A stretch of 64,000 nt of DNA from Burkholderiaceae bacterium (GCA_039807785.1 JBDHRX010000001.1:51331-115330), one strand, 5' to 3'; numbered from the stretch's first letter, positions 9,730-21,138 are shown. Numbers and translations are program-made. The notes: generated from the letters alone by a model not told the origin.

Positions 9730-10698
9730 TCACGATTGCGCGAGGATGCTCATCACGGCCATCCGGACCGCGATGCCGAAAGTGACCTGGTCCAGGATCA
9801 CCGACTGCGGCCCGTCGGCTACCGCCGACTCGATCTCGACGCCCCGGTTCATCGGCCCGGGATGCATCACGATGCAGCCGGGCGCGGCGAGCGCGAGCTT
9901 GTCCTGCGTCAGGCCGTACTGCTTGAAGTACTCCTGGGCCGAAGGCAGCAGCGCCCCGCGCATCCGCTCGTTCTGCAGCCGGAGCATGATGACGACGTCG
10001 ACCCCGCGCAGCCCCTCGCGCATGTCGGTGAAGGTGCGCACGCCCAGTTGCTCGAGCCCCCCCGGCAGCAGCGTGCGCGGACCGATCACCCGCACCTCGG
10101 GGACACCGAGCGTGGTGAGCGCGTGGATGTCCGAGCGCGCCACGCGCGAATGCAGCACGTCGCCGACGATCGCCACCGTGAGCCCGGTGAAATCGCCCTT
10201 GAAGTGGCGGATCGTGTACATGTCGAGCAGGCCCTGCGTCGGGTGCGCGTGACGGCCGTCGCCTGCATTGACGACGTGCACGTGCCCCCTGCCGCGCGTC
10301 CGGTCGATGTGCTGGGCGATCAGGAACGGGGCGCCGCTCTCGGCGTGGCGCACGACGAACATGTCCGCGTGCATCGCGACCAGGTTGTCGATCGTGTCGA
10401 GCAGCGATTCGCCCTTCGATGCCGACGAGGTGCTGATGTTCAGGTTGATCACGTCGGCCGACAGCCGCTTGGCGGCGATCTCGAACGTAGTCCGCGTGCG
10501 GGTCGAGTTCTCGAAGAACAGGTTGAACACCGACTTGCCCCGCAGCAGCGGCACCTTCTTCACGTCGCGGTCGGACACGCCGACGAAGGTCGCCGCGGTG
10601 TCGAGGATGTGGTGGATCAGTTCCCGCGGAAGCCCCTCGATCGTGAGCAGATGGCGCAGTTGCCCGTTCTCGTTCAGCTGTGGATGGCGCAGGGGCAT
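9730..10698 (-). CDS. pyrB: Aspartate carbamoyltransferase catalytic subunit
   Basis: [30 protein letters not shown]. Confidence 0.96.
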   Translation of the reverse strand: MPLRHPQLNENGQLRHLLTIEGLPRELIHHILDTAATFVGVSDRDVKKVPLLRGKSVFNLFFENSTRTRTTFEIAAKRLSADVINLNISTSSASKGESLLDTIDNLVAMHADMFVVRHAESGAPFLIAQHIDRTRGRGHVHVVNAGDGRHAHPTQGLLDMYTIRHFKGDFTGLTVAIVGDVLHSRVARSDIHALTTLGVPEVRVIGPRTLLPGGLEQLGVRTFTDMREGLRGVDVVIMLRLQNERMRGALLPSAQEYFKQYGLTQDKLALAAPGCIVMHPGPMNRGVEIESAVADGPQSVILDQVTFGIAVRMAVMSILAQS

Positions 10699-10702
10699 GG
10701 CG

Positions 10703-11200
10703 TCATTCGATCCGGAGCGTGAAGCGGCCGTCCTCGGCGCGGCGGAACGCGAAGTTGCGCGGCGCCGGCAGCGGGTGCTCGCCCCCGCGGTAGCGGGCCT
10801 CGATGGGCAGCTCGCGACCGCCGCGGTCGAGCAGCACCGCCAGCTCGATGCGGGCCGGGCGACCGTAGTCGAACAGCTCGTTCATCGCCGCCCGCACGGT
10901 CCGGCCGGTGAACAGGATGTCGTCCACCAGCACGATGTCGGCGCCGTTCACCTCGAACGGCAGCTCGGTCGCCTTCATCTCCGCCGGCAGGCCGCGCCGC
11001 CCGTAGTCGTCGCGGTGGAAGGCGCTGGAGAGCACCCCCAGCGGCCGCGCGACCCGCAGGTCGCGATGCAGCCGCTCGGCGATCCAGGCGCCGCCGCTGT
11101 GGATGCCGATCAACGAGATGTCGCGGCCGGCGATGCCCGTGCGAACCGCCTGCAGCAGGCTCGCGTAGGTGGCTTCGGCGTCGGGAGTGGTGGGTGTCAT
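10703..11200 (-). CDS. pyrR: Bifunctional pyr regulator / uracil phosphoribosyltransferase PyrR
   Basis: [33 protein letters not shown]. Confidence 0.9.
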   Translation of the reverse strand: MTPTTPDAEATYASLLQAVRTGIAGRDISLIGIHSGGAWIAERLHRDLRVARPLGVLSSAFHRDDYGRRGLPAEMKATELPFEVNGADIVLVDDILFTGRTVRAAMNELFDYGRPARIELAVLLDRGGRELPIEARYRGGEHPLPAPRNFAFRRAEDGRFTLRIE

Positions 11201-11694
11201 CCTGGATTCGGAAGCCCGGGATCGGGCCGGCTGGAGAGGTATTGTCGCAGGATTACGGCGGCCGCCTCGTCGTCGATCGGCCCCGCGGCGACGGGCCGGC
11301 GCGCCAGGTCGGGGACGCCGGGCCGGCCCGGGGCCCGGGGCAAGCCGGCTTCGGCAGCCTCGGCCGCGGCGGCGCGCTCGCTCCGGATCTCGACGCTGGA
11401 GAAGCTCTCGTCGACCAGCGCCACCGGCAGGCCGAAGCGTCCTTCGAGCTGCCGGGCGAAGCGCTCGCAGCGCGGCGTGACCGGCAGCGACACGCCGTCG
11501 GGGTGGCGCGGGCGGCCCACCACGAACCGCTGCGGCGCCCACTCGGCCACGAGCGCGGCGATCGCCGCCCAGCGCGCCGCCACGGGCTCGGTCGGCACCA
11601 CGCGCAGGGGGCGCGCCGCCCCGGTCAGGGTGTTCCCGACCGCGACGCCGATGCGCCGGATCCCGAAGTCGAAGCCGAGCAGCGTTTCCGCCAC
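11197..11694 (-). CDS. ruvX: YqgF/RuvX family nuclease
   Basis: LGFDFGIRRIGVAVG, VDESFSS, IDDEAAAVIL; follows yqgE. Confidence 0.88.
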   Translation of the reverse strand: MAETLLGFDFGIRRIGVAVGNTLTGAARPLRVVPTEPVAARWAAIAALVAEWAPQRFVVGRPRHPDGVSLPVTPRCERFARQLEGRFGLPVALVDESFSSVEIRSERAAAAEAAEAGLPRAPGRPGVPDLARRPVAAGPIDDEAAAVILRQYLSSRPDPGLPNPG

Positions 11695-12264
11695 TCAGGC
11701 ATGCCCGGCCGAGGTCGCCAGGAAGGCGGGGTCGATCCCCAGCAGGCGGAACGCCGCGGCGAAGCGCTGCTCGGCCGGCGTATCGAAAATCAGTCCGGCG
11801 TCGGCGGGAACGGTCAGCCAGGCATTGCGCGAGATCTCGTCCTCGAGCTGGCCCGGCCCCCAGCCGGCATAGCCCAGCGTGACCAGCATTCGCCGCGGCC
11901 CGCCCCCGGTCGCGACCGCCTCGAGGACATCCTTCGAGGACGTCAGCCCGAGCTCGCCGCCGACGGTGACGGTGGAGTTCCACGCGCCGACCGGCTCGTG
12001 CAGGACGAACCCGCGATCCATCTGGACCGGTCCGCCGTAGAACACCGGCGAACTCGCGAGCGGCGCGATCTCGAGCTTGAGATCGATGCGCTCGAACAGG
12101 GTGGCGAGGTCGATCTCCATCGGCCGGTTGATGACCAGCCCCAGCGCGCCCTTCGCGCTGTGCTCGGCCACGAACACGACCGTGCCCCCGAAGTTCGGAT
12201 CGGCCATGTCGGGCATGGCGATCAGGAACTGGTTGGTGAGATCGGTGACGAACTGCTCGGCCAT
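11695..12264 (-). CDS. yqgE: YqgE/AlgH family protein
   Basis: FLIAMP..DPNF, GLVINRP, GGPV, GYAGWGPGQLEDE. Confidence 0.92.
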   Translation of the reverse strand: MAEQFVTDLTNQFLIAMPDMADPNFGGTVVFVAEHSAKGALGLVINRPMEIDLATLFERIDLKLEIAPLASSPVFYGGPVQMDRGFVLHEPVGAWNSTVTVGGELGLTSSKDVLEAVATGGGPRRMLVTLGYAGWGPGQLEDEISRNAWLTVPADAGLIFDTPAEQRFAAAFRLLGIDPAFLATSAGHA

Positions 12265-12318
12265 GGCGTCGATTGTACGGGGGCGCCCTCGACGGCACAA
12301 TCGGCCGCGCCCGGTGCC

Positions 12319-15300
12319 CTACGCTCCGGCGCGACGGCGACGCGACGCCGCGAAGGCGATCACCTGACCGAGCAATTCGTCTTCGCGGTACGGCTTGCCC
12401 AGATAGGCGTTCACGCCGAGCGACATCGCGTAGTTGCGATGCTTGTCCGCGGTGCGCGAGGTGATCATCACGATCGGCAGGTCGCGGAAGCGCTCGTCGG
12501 CGCGCACGTGGCGGGTCAGATCGAAGCCGTCCATCCGCGGCATCTCGATGTCCACCAGCATCACGTCGGGGCGACGGTCTTGCAGCTGGCGCAGCGCGTC
12601 GACGCCGTCCTTGGCCAGCATCACGTCGTAGCCCTCGCGCAGCAGCAGGCGCTGCGTGGCCTTGCGGACCGTCAGCGAGTCGTCGACCACCATCACGGCC
12701 GGCGGCACTTCGGCGAGCGGCGCGCGCGCCCCGCCCGGGGCCGGACGCTCGAGCCACAGGTCACCCAGAACCGCCTGCGCGAGACGCGCGGGGTTCAGGA
12801 TCAGCACGATGTCGCCGTTGCCGAGCACCGTGGCGCCCCCCACTCCGGGCACGCGGGCGACCTGCGCCCCGACGTTCTTGACCACCACCTCCTGGTTCGG
12901 GCTGACGGCATCGACGTGGATCGCCAGCCGCAAATTCGCCGAACGCACGATCACTACCGGAGAAAGATGCTGGGCGATCGGCCGCGCATCGGCCGAATCC
13001 ACCAGCGCGCCGAGGTAGTGCATCGGCACGCGCGCCCCCTGCCACGCGACCGCGCCGTCTCCGTACGCGGCGGCCAGCGCCTGCGGCTTGAGCTGCAGCA
13101 CCTGCTCGACGCTCGACGACGGGATCGCGTACTGCAGCGCCCCGACGCCCACCAGCACCACCTGCGCGATCGCCAGCGTGAGCGGCAGGTGCACCGTGAA
13201 ACGCGTGCCGGCGTCGCGCTCGGACTCGACATCGATCCGCCCGCCGAGCGCGAGCACCTCGGACCGGACGACGTCGGTGCCGACGCCGCGCCCGGCCAGC
13301 TCGGTGACTTCGCTGGCGGTCGAGAAGCCGGGCGTGAAGATCATGTCGGCGAGCTCGCGCTCCTGGGGCTGGGCATCGGACCCGATCAGGTCGAGATGCC
13401 GGGCCCGCGCGAGGATCTTCGCGTAGTCGAGCCCCGCGCCGTCGTCGCCGAGGACCAGCACCACCTCGTTGCCTTCCTGCCGCACCTCGACGCGGATCTC
13501 GCCGGTTTCGGGCTTGCCCGCCGCCTCGCGGCGCGCCGGCGACTCGATGCCGTGGGCCACCGCGTTGCGGATCAGGTGCTCCACCGGCCCCGCCATCCGC
13601 TCGAGCACGCCCCGGTCGACCTCGACCGAAGCGCCGCGGATGTCGAGCGCGACGCGCTTGCCCAGTTCCTTCGCGGCCTGGCGCGCCACGCGGTACAGGC
13701 GGTCCCCGATCGAACCGAACTGCACCATCCGCATGCGCATCAGGTTCTGCTGGAGCTCCCTGAGCACCTGGGACTGCCGGACCATGTCCTGCGACGCGAC
13801 GTCGAGACTGCGCATCGCGTTGTGCTGCACCGTCGCGACGTCGTTGACCGACTCCGCCAGCATGCGCGTGAGTTCCTGGAAACGCGTGTAGCGATCGAAC
13901 TCGAGCGGATCGAAATCGGCGTTGGTCTCGCGTTGCGACGCGATCCGCGCCTGGATCTGCGACTCGGCCTGGATCTCGATCTCGCGCAGCTGGGAACGCA
14001 GCCGCGCGACGTTCTCGGTGAGATCCTGCAGCGACTGCCGCAACTGCCCGAGCTCGTTGTCGAGCCGCGAGCGCGCGATCGAAACCTCGCCCGACTCGTT
14101 GACCACGCGCTCGAGCAGGTCCGAGCGGACCCGCACCAGCGAAGCGGCGGCCAGCGCCGGGGCCAACCCGGCGGTCGCGCGCGCCGCGACGGCCGGAACC
14201 GGCGGGGTCGCCGCGCGGGACGCTTCCTGCGCGAGCGGCACTTCCGGCCGGGCCGTCCCGGCGTCGGCGAGGGGTGCCGCGTCTTCGGGCGACGCCGGCA
14301 ATGCGCCGACGGCCTCGGCGGCGGGAGCGGAAGCCGGCGCCGAAGCCGGTCCGGCCGCTCGCGCCGCCGGATCGCGGATCGCCTCGAACATCGCCACCGC
14401 ATCGTCGTAGTCGGCGATCAGCTCGTCGATCAGCGTGCCCGGCACCACGGTCAGCACGCTGGCCGCCTCGATGCGGGTCTCCATCTCGTGGACCAGCTGG
14501 CCGAGCGCCATCGCACCGGCCATCCGGGCGCTGCCCTTGATCGTGTGCAGATGGCGCATCAACAGCTGCTGCACCGAGCGGTCGGCGGGCGCCGCCTGCC
14601 AGCGACGCAGGTTCTCGCCGATCTGCGGCAGGTAGTCGGTGGCCTCCTCGATGAAGATCGGCAGCAGCTCCTCGTCGAGCTCACCGCCCGCCGAGACCGC
14701 TTCCGCGACCGGATCCTGCCGGGGCGGCGCGTCGTTGCGCGGATCCCACCGGGTGGCCAGCGCGTGCGCCAGCGCCAGCGCCTCGGGCTCGTCGCCCGGC
14801 GCGCTGCCGGCGGCGAAGCGATGCAGCATGGCCTGCATGCGCTCGATCGTCCGCGCGTAGTCGGCCAGGTCCTCGGCGCCCATCGCGCGCCCGGAAGCCC
14901 GCTGGCGCAGCAGGAAGCTCTCGAGCTGCTCGGCCATCGCCTGCACGCCGGTCAGCTCGACCAGCGCCGCGCTTCCCTTCAGGGAATGCATCGCGCGCTG
15001 CGCCGCCTCGGTCGCGGCGCGCGCCGGCTGTTCGGCCCAGGATGCGGTGTCGGCCCCGAGCGTGGCGATCAGGTCGTCGGCTTCCGAGAGGAAGATGTCG
15101 TACAGCGGACGGCTGATCGTGCGGTCGCCGACGCGGATCTCGTCCGACGCCTCGGGGATCTCGCCGGAGGCTTCGGAAACCGCCTCGGCGGTCGCCTCGA
15201 CCGCCCGAGTCTCGACCCCTTGAGTCTCGACCGCTCGGGCCTCGACCGGCTGGACATCCACCGCCTGGGCGGCCACTTCCGGCGCGTCCACTTCCGGCGC

Positions 15301-17856
15301 CTCGGCTTCCTGCGCCCCCACCGCCTGGGCGTCGAGCGCCTGGAAGGCCGCCTCGTGCGACTGCCCTTCCCGCAGCGCACCCGCCGCGTCGATCATCGGC
15401 TGCGGATCGAGGCGGAACGGCGTGCCGGCCTCGAGCAGGCCGACCCAATCGTCGAAGCGCCGGCAGGCGAGCCCGATCAGCGCGTAGAGCGCCGGCGTCC
15501 CCGCCCGTTCCTCGGCCAGCCAGAGATTGAGGACCTGCTCCATCGCCCAGCCGGCGTCGCCGAAGCCGGCAAGACCGACCATCCGGCTCGATCCCTTCAG
15601 CGTGTGGAACCCGCGGCGGATCGTCGTCAGGGATGCCTGGTCCGCCGGCGCCCGCTGCGAATCGGCTGCAGCGCCCGAGATCGCCGCGAGCACCTCGTGC
15701 GCCTCGCCCAGGAAGATCTCGAGCAGCTCGCTGTCGATCTCGGCCTCGTCGCGCTCCGGTTCCTGCGGCGCCGCGGGCGCCTCGGGAGGTGCGCCGGCGA
15801 TTTCCGCCAGCGCCGCCCGCAGCGGGGCCCCGTCGGCTTCGGCGCCCGCATCGAGCATCGCGATCGCGTCGCTCGCCTTCGACTTGAGCGCGCCGTCGTC
15901 GACCAGTTGCGCGTCGTCGCGCAGGCGCTCGAGCGTCTCGCGCAGTTCGCCGCGCAGCGAGGCGTCGCCGGGCGCCTGCTGCAGCGAGCCGATCAGTTCG
16001 CCGGCGCGCTGAGAATGGCCGGCCAGCAAGGACTCGGCGGTATCGGGCGACGGCTCGGCGACCGGCCGGACGGTGCGGGCATCCAGCGCGACCACTACCG
16101 CAGGGGGCGGACGACGCGGTTCGTTCAGTTCGGCGCTGAACCGCCCGCTCTGCGCATCGAACGCGAAGCGCGCGCCGCTGCGCCCCGGCTGCTGGAGCCC
16201 GTCGATGAAGAAGCCGAGCGCGCCGAGGCTCGACGCGACCAGCTCGCAGGCCTCGGGCGCCGCGGCGCCCTCGAGCTCGGCGAAGCCGCGGACCCGCTCG
16301 GCCACGCTGCGCGCCGCGGCAGCGGCATCGGGGTGGCCGAGCACCTGCAGCGCCCCCGCCACCTGCCCCAGCTGATGCACGGTCTGCGGCAGCTCGTCGC
16401 GTTGCGCCGGATCGCGGAAATAGGAGTCGAGCACCTGCTCGGCCGAACGCAGGCTGCCCTGCGCCTCGGCGATGAAGCTGGCCATCGTCAGCCGTTCCTG
16501 CGCGGCATGGCTGAGCTCGCGCAGCCACTGGGGCAGTTCCGCCTCGATCTGCCCGCCCTCGACGGCCCGCACGAGCCTCGAGGCCATCTCGCCGGCGCGG
16601 TCGTCGAGCCCCTCGCGACCCTTCAGGCCGCGCTCGAACACCTGCTCGGCGAACAACAGCGCCGACGCGCCCTCGAGCGCCAGCGCCTCGGACACCGGCC
16701 CCGGGCGCAGGGCGAGGACGCGACTGGCCTCGCCGAACGCCTCGGCGAGGGCACGCACGCCGTGGCCCGGGAGGCTCGCGACCGCCGAGCGCAGCGCAGC
16801 GATCGCCTGGGCGAACACCGCCAGGTCGGCCGGACTGCCGCGGACCAGCTTCTCCCAGGCGGGCTTGGCGCGCGTGATCGCCTCGCGCGCGGCCGAGACC
16901 ACGCGCGCATCGACGCGCCCGAAGCGCGGCGTCTCGAAATCCTCGGGTACCGCGCGCTCGAGCCCGAAGGCGCGCCGCACCTCGCCGAGCAGCGGGGAGG
17001 CGGCATCGTCCCGGACCTCGACGCGCGCCAGCGCGAACAACGCATCCTTCATCAGGCGCTCGGCCACCGGCGTGCCGTCGACGATCGAGCGGCGCAGCTG
17101 CAGGTTCATCCGGGCAAGCAGGCGCTTGCCGTAGACGTCCAGCCCGATCCCGCCGTCGCGCAGCGCCTCGAACCACGCGAGCGCCACCTTCCAGAAGGTC
17201 GGATGCCGCGCGCCGATCTGCGAGGCGCCGACCGTGTCGATGGCGTCGTGCAGCGCGACGATTCCCGCGGCGTCGCCCGGATTGCGCAGCACCTGCAGCA
17301 GCCCGCGTTCGTACTGGGCGCGGGCGCCGGACAGCGCGTCGGCATCGAGCTCGTTCACCTGGGCGTCGGCGACGACCAGCCGCGCCGATACGGGCACGAC
17401 GAACAGGTCGGCGGGATGCACGCGCTCGGCGCCGCGCGCCTCGAGGAGATCGCGATAGTAGGGGAACAGGTAGAGCGGCTGCTGGGGCTCGCCCAGCAGC
17501 AGTTCGTCGAGATACTCGATGATCGCGCCGAAGCTGCGCGCGATCCGGTCGACCAGCTCGCGCGAGAGCCGGAGCTGCCCGCGCTCGACCAGGTCGAGCA
17601 GGGCCTCGACCTCGCCGCTGAGCAAGGCCACGCCGGAAAGATCGACCACCGCGAGCGCGCCGTGCGCCTGGTGCACCGACGCGCGCGCCGCATGCAGCGT
17701 CGAGAGATCGTCCGGCGCCTCGGCATCGGCCCGGCCGAGCTGCTCGCGCAGCCCGGCCTCGCCGGCGACCAGCGACTCCCGGATCTCGCCCAGGCACCAG
17801 GCGAGCGTGGCCATGTCCGGCGCCTCGATCGAGGCTTGGCGGCTTGCGTCACTCAT
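12319..17856 (-). CDS. chpA: Pil-Chp CheA-like hybrid histidine kinase (multiple Hpt, HATPase, CheW, receiver)
   Basis: Hpt motifs HTLKGS/HSLKGS/HTIKGS, HLIRNAVAHGIE, DDGAG, GRGVG, C-terminal receiver DIEMPRMDG. Confidence 0.9.
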   Translation of the reverse strand: MSDASRQASIEAPDMATLAWCLGEIRESLVAGEAGLREQLGRADAEAPDDLSTLHAARASVHQAHGALAVVDLSGVALLSGEVEALLDLVERGQLRLSRELVDRIARSFGAIIEYLDELLLGEPQQPLYLFPYYRDLLEARGAERVHPADLFVVPVSARLVVADAQVNELDADALSGARAQYERGLLQVLRNPGDAAGIVALHDAIDTVGASQIGARHPTFWKVALAWFEALRDGGIGLDVYGKRLLARMNLQLRRSIVDGTPVAERLMKDALFALARVEVRDDAASPLLGEVRRAFGLERAVPEDFETPRFGRVDARVVSAAREAITRAKPAWEKLVRGSPADLAVFAQAIAALRSAVASLPGHGVRALAEAFGEASRVLALRPGPVSEALALEGASALLFAEQVFERGLKGREGLDDRAGEMASRLVRAVEGGQIEAELPQWLRELSHAAQERLTMASFIAEAQGSLRSAEQVLDSYFRDPAQRDELPQTVHQLGQVAGALQVLGHPDAAAAARSVAERVRGFAELEGAAAPEACELVASSLGALGFFIDGLQQPGRSGARFAFDAQSGRFSAELNEPRRPPPAVVVALDARTVRPVAEPSPDTAESLLAGHSQRAGELIGSLQQAPGDASLRGELRETLERLRDDAQLVDDGALKSKASDAIAMLDAGAEADGAPLRAALAEIAGAPPEAPAAPQEPERDEAEIDSELLEIFLGEAHEVLAAISGAAADSQRAPADQASLTTIRRGFHTLKGSSRMVGLAGFGDAGWAMEQVLNLWLAEERAGTPALYALIGLACRRFDDWVGLLEAGTPFRLDPQPMIDAAGALREGQSHEAAFQALDAQAVGAQEAEAPEVDAPEVAAQAVDVQPVEARAVETQGVETRAVEATAEAVSEASGEIPEASDEIRVGDRTISRPLYDIFLSEADDLIATLGADTASWAEQPARAATEAAQRAMHSLKGSAALVELTGVQAMAEQLESFLLRQRASGRAMGAEDLADYARTIERMQAMLHRFAAGSAPGDEPEALALAHALATRWDPRNDAPPRQDPVAEAVSAGGELDEELLPIFIEEATDYLPQIGENLRRWQAAPADRSVQQLLMRHLHTIKGSARMAGAMALGQLVHEMETRIEAASVLTVVPGTLIDELIADYDDAVAMFEAIRDPAARAAGPASAPASAPAAEAVGALPASPEDAAPLADAGTARPEVPLAQEASRAATPPVPAVAARATAGLAPALAAASLVRVRSDLLERVVNESGEVSIARSRLDNELGQLRQSLQDLTENVARLRSQLREIEIQAESQIQARIASQRETNADFDPLEFDRYTRFQELTRMLAESVNDVATVQHNAMRSLDVASQDMVRQSQVLRELQQNLMRMRMVQFGSIGDRLYRVARQAAKELGKRVALDIRGASVEVDRGVLERMAGPVEHLIRNAVAHGIESPARREAAGKPETGEIRVEVRQEGNEVVLVLGDDGAGLDYAKILARARHLDLIGSDAQPQERELADMIFTPGFSTASEVTELAGRGVGTDVVRSEVLALGGRIDVESERDAGTRFTVHLPLTLAIAQVVLVGVGALQYAIPSSSVEQVLQLKPQALAAAYGDGAVAWQGARVPMHYLGALVDSADARPIAQHLSPVVIVRSANLRLAIHVDAVSPNQEVVVKNVGAQVARVPGVGGATVLGNGDIVLILNPARLAQAVLGDLWLERPAPGGARAPLAEVPPAVMVVDDSLTVRKATQRLLLREGYDVMLAKDGVDALRQLQDRRPDVMLVDIEMPRMDGFDLTRHVRADERFRDLPIVMITSRTADKHRNYAMSLGVNAYLGKPYREDELLGQVIAFAASRRRRAGA
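15194..15343 (-). repeat. Degenerate 15-bp (pentapeptide) tandem repeat, about 10 units, in a ChpA inter-Hpt linker
   Basis: QALDA QAVGA QEAEA PEVDA PEVAA QAVDV QPVEA RAVET QGVET RAVEA. Confidence 0.7.
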
Positions 17857-17872
17857 CGCGTCGCCCCGTCCC

Positions 17873-20221
17873 TCAGGCAACCTTGAAGCGCGAGACCGAG
17901 TTCTTCAGCTCGTGCGCGAGTTCGGACAGCTGGCGAATCGACCCGGCGGTCTGCAGCGTGCCCTCGCTGGTCTGCTCGGTCACCAGCAGGATGCGCTGGA
18001 TCGACTGGGCGACGGTGCCGGCCGACGCCGCCTGACGCGAGGTCGTGTTCGAGAAGCCGTCGATCAGCTCGGCCAGGGTCGTCGACACCCGGCCGATGTC
18101 GCCCAGCGCGCGGCCCGCCTCGTCGGACAATCGCGCGCCCTCGACGACGCCCTGCGTGCTGCGCTCCATGGCGGCGACCGCGTCGGCGGTATCGGTCTGG
18201 ATCGTGCGGATCAGCGCGGCGATCTGCTTGGTCGCCTCGGCCGAGCGCTCGGCCAGCCGCTGCACCTCCTCGGCGACGATCGTGAAGCCGCGCCCGGCCT
18301 CGCCGGCCGACGCCGCCTGGATCGCGGCGTTCAGGGCCAGCACGTTGGTCTGCTCGGTGATGTCCGAGATCAGCTCGACGATCTCGCCGATCTCCTGCGA
18401 GGATTCGCCGAGCCGCTTGATGCGCTTGGCGGTGTCCTGGATCTGATCGCGAATGCCGTTCATCCCGCTGATCGCGTTGCTCACCGCGCGCGAGCCTTCC
18501 TCGGAAGCGTTCAGCGACTGCCGCGCGACCTTCACCGATTCGGCGGCGCGCGCCGACACGTCGTTGATCTGGTGGGCCATGCGCAGCACCGCCTCGCCGG
18601 TCTCGCGGATCTCGCGCGACTGCTGCTCGCTGGCCGCCTGCAGGCTCGACGCGGTCATCTGCGCCTTCGACGACGCGCTGTTGACGAGCTCGGCCGTGGC
18701 GTTGATCCGCGCCACCAGGTTGCGCAGCTCCTCGACCGTGTAGTTCACCGAGTCGGCGATCGCGCCGGTGATGTCCTCGGACACCGTCGCCTGGACGGTC
18801 AGGTCGCCGTCGGCGACCTCCTGCAGCTCGTTCATCAACCGGAGGATCGCCGCCTGGTTCTGGTCGTTGGTCCGCTTCGCGTCCTGCTCGAGGCGCTGGG
18901 CGACCGCCTGCTGGCGCTCGGCATCCTCGGCGCGCTGTTCGCTGTCGGACAGGAACGCGCGGAACAGGCCGTACACCGCCACCAGCGCGAGCATGCCGAA
19001 CATCGCCGCGATCGCGAGGTTCCAGGCGCGGTCGGACTCGCCCGCCTGCAGCCTGGCGCGCACGCCCTCGAGCTGCATCCGCACCGGCTCGCTGTCGCCG
19101 AAGATCCGGCGCTCGGCCTGCTTCGCCTGCTGCAGCCGCGGCAGGCTCGAGAGGATGCCCGCGAGCGCCGGGTCGATTCCGGCCATCATCTTCTTCAGCT
19201 CGGTCAGTGCGCGCCGGGTATCGGCATCGCCGGCGGCCGGGATCCGCATCCGGTCGTTCCCGGTGAGCAGGCTGTCGCTCAGGTCGCGGAAGCTGGTCAC
19301 CGACTGGCGCAGGCTCGCCTCGGCGGTGTTGTCGGACATGCCCGAGAACACCAGCTCGTTCACGTCCTTGGCGATGCGCTGGGTGAGCATCACCAGTTCG
19401 CCGGCCGCCGCCACCTCGCGATTCGACGCCCCGGCCTGCAGCTTGCTGGCCGCCACCGCCTGGGCGGCATCGAGCATCTGCGGATTGACCCGGATCACCT
19501 CGCGCCGCATCGCGCCCAGCGATTGCAGCAGCGCGCTCTGGTAGGCGATGACCTGGGCCGCCTCGCTCGAGGCCGTCCAGGCCGTCTGGAGCTTCCCGAC
19601 CTCCGGCAGCAGGTCGGACGGCACGCCGCGCCCTTCTTCGCTGCCCTCGGTCAGCCGGGCAATCGACCGGTTGACCAGATCGCGGCTCTCGCTCAGCTGG
19701 ACAAACGCCTGGGGATCACCCGCGATCGCCTGCGGCGCCGCCTTGGCGAGGCGCTGCGAATGCGTCAGGCCGTCCCCGACCAGTTGCAGCCAGCGCGTCG
19801 CATCGCTCGCCTGGCGCGAATCGAGCCACAGGAACACGAACGCGACCAGCACCGCGACGAACAGGATCGGCAGCCAGACCTCGAGCTGCTTGCGAAACGG
19901 CATCGCGCCGATCACTGGAATCTGGAACCGGTCGCGCTTGCGCGCCCTGGGGGCCGGCGCCTGCCCGCCTTCCTCCGCCGCGGCCCGCGAACGGGCGGAG
20001 CCGGACGCGGTGATGATCTCGAGGTCCACGCCGGCGGGCGCCGGGGCGGCCTTCGCGCTGCGCGGCGCCCGCTCGGGATTCCCGCCGGATGCGACCGGAT
20101 GCGCGGCGCCGATCTCGTCGTCGGGCAACAGGTCCTCGAGGATCGCGGTGTCCGGGGCCAGGTCCTCGTACCGGTTGGTACGCGGCTGCAGGAAGGCGGG
20201 AAGCTTGATCGCCACTTTCAT
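17873..20221 (-). CDS. pilJ: Methyl-accepting chemotaxis protein PilJ
   Basis: Two TM helices, HSQRLAK periplasmic motif, MCP hairpin [23 protein letters not shown]. Confidence 0.9.
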   Translation of the reverse strand: MKVAIKLPAFLQPRTNRYEDLAPDTAILEDLLPDDEIGAAHPVASGGNPERAPRSAKAAPAPAGVDLEIITASGSARSRAAAEEGGQAPAPRARKRDRFQIPVIGAMPFRKQLEVWLPILFVAVLVAFVFLWLDSRQASDATRWLQLVGDGLTHSQRLAKAAPQAIAGDPQAFVQLSESRDLVNRSIARLTEGSEEGRGVPSDLLPEVGKLQTAWTASSEAAQVIAYQSALLQSLGAMRREVIRVNPQMLDAAQAVAASKLQAGASNREVAAAGELVMLTQRIAKDVNELVFSGMSDNTAEASLRQSVTSFRDLSDSLLTGNDRMRIPAAGDADTRRALTELKKMMAGIDPALAGILSSLPRLQQAKQAERRIFGDSEPVRMQLEGVRARLQAGESDRAWNLAIAAMFGMLALVAVYGLFRAFLSDSEQRAEDAERQQAVAQRLEQDAKRTNDQNQAAILRLMNELQEVADGDLTVQATVSEDITGAIADSVNYTVEELRNLVARINATAELVNSASSKAQMTASSLQAASEQQSREIRETGEAVLRMAHQINDVSARAAESVKVARQSLNASEEGSRAVSNAISGMNGIRDQIQDTAKRIKRLGESSQEIGEIVELISDITEQTNVLALNAAIQAASAGEAGRGFTIVAEEVQRLAERSAEATKQIAALIRTIQTDTADAVAAMERSTQGVVEGARLSDEAGRALGDIGRVSTTLAELIDGFSNTTSRQAASAGTVAQSIQRILLVTEQTSEGTLQTAGSIRQLSELAHELKNSVSRFKVA

Positions 20222-20242
20222 CGTCGGTTCTCCGCGGGCGGG

Positions 20243-20767
20243 TCAGCGACTCACCGCAAGGAAGCGGGTATCGCCTGCCAGTCGTTCCAGGCTGAGTTCG
20301 GTCCAGCGGTCGCCCTGGGCATCGACCCAGCGGCGGCCGAGCCAGGGCCGGGCGCCCGTCGCGTCGGATTCGGATTCGTCCTCCGACATCGCCGACACGC
20401 TCTGCAGCCCCAGCATGCGATCCACCAGGATCGCGCCGTTCAGGTTCAGGCGTTGCGCGAACGCGACCAGTCGCGTCTCCTTCGTCGCGGGCGTGAAGTC
20501 GCCGCCGTCGAACCGCCCCAGATCCGTGACGCCGTAGAGCGAGCCGCGCAAGTTCACCAGACCCTTGAACCAGTCGTGGGTCAGCGGCACCGGCGCGATC
20601 GCGGCGCCGGCCGCCACGATCTCCCCGGCTTCGGAGAGCTCGACCAGGAAGCGCTGTCCACCGGCCTGGACCCCCAGGCACGCGGACTGGGCGGGATCGG
20701 CCGCGACCTGGCGCAGCCGCTCCGAAAGCCGGGCCTGGAATTCGCGCAGGTTCTTGCGATCTGCCAT
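20243..20767 (-). CDS. pilI: CheW-like adaptor PilI
   Basis: PVPLTHDWFKGLVNLRG; operon position. Confidence 0.85.
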   Translation of the reverse strand: MADRKNLREFQARLSERLRQVAADPAQSACLGVQAGGQRFLVELSEAGEIVAAGAAIAPVPLTHDWFKGLVNLRGSLYGVTDLGRFDGGDFTPATKETRLVAFAQRLNLNGAILVDRMLGLQSVSAMSEDESESDATGARPWLGRRWVDAQGDRWTELSLERLAGDTRFLAVSR

Positions 20768-20769
20768 GG

Positions 20770-21138
20770 TCAGTGCGCGAGATCGGCGACGCGGGCCAGC
20801 AGTTCCTCCGGCTTGACCGGCTTCACCAGGTACTCGCGCGCGCCCTGGCGCAGGCCCCAGATGCGATCGGTCTCGTTGGACTTGCTGGTGCAGAGGATGA
20901 TGGGGATGCCCTGGGTCTCGGGATCGCGCGACAGGGCGCGGGTGACCTGGAAGCCGTTCTGGCCGGGCATGACGACGTCCATGACCACCAGGTCCGGGCG
21001 CTCGGCCTTCACCTTGACCATCGCTTCCTGTCCGTTCTCGGCAGTGATGACGGTGTAGCCCTTCCGCGTGAGCAGCTCGGCCAGGAAAAAGCGCTCGGTC
21101 GGCGAATCGTCGACGACCAGGATCTTCTGCGCGGGCAT
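20770..21138 (-). CDS. pilH: Response regulator PilH
   Basis: VVDDSPTE, MDVVMPGQNGFQ, DRIWGLRQGA. Confidence 0.9.
   Translation of the reverse strand: MPAQKILVVDDSPTERFFLAELLTRKGYTVITAENGQEAMVKVKAERPDLVVMDVVMPGQNGFQVTRALSRDPETQGIPIILCTSKSNETDRIWGLRQGAREYLVKPVKPEELLARVADLAH

Noticed and set aside
3528-12757. Apparent fusions from long N-terminal ORF extensions (apaH 833 aa, epimerase 678 aa, pyrR 684 aa)
   Set aside because: The extensions overlap other bona fide genes; the true starts are downstream.
11194-17886. 2230-aa plus-strand ORF and many other long antisense or alternate-frame ORFs (e.g. 17519-21058, 25889-28900, 39043-42660)
   Set aside because: Shadow ORFs of real genes in high-GC DNA; Arg/Ala/Pro-rich with no recognisable motifs.
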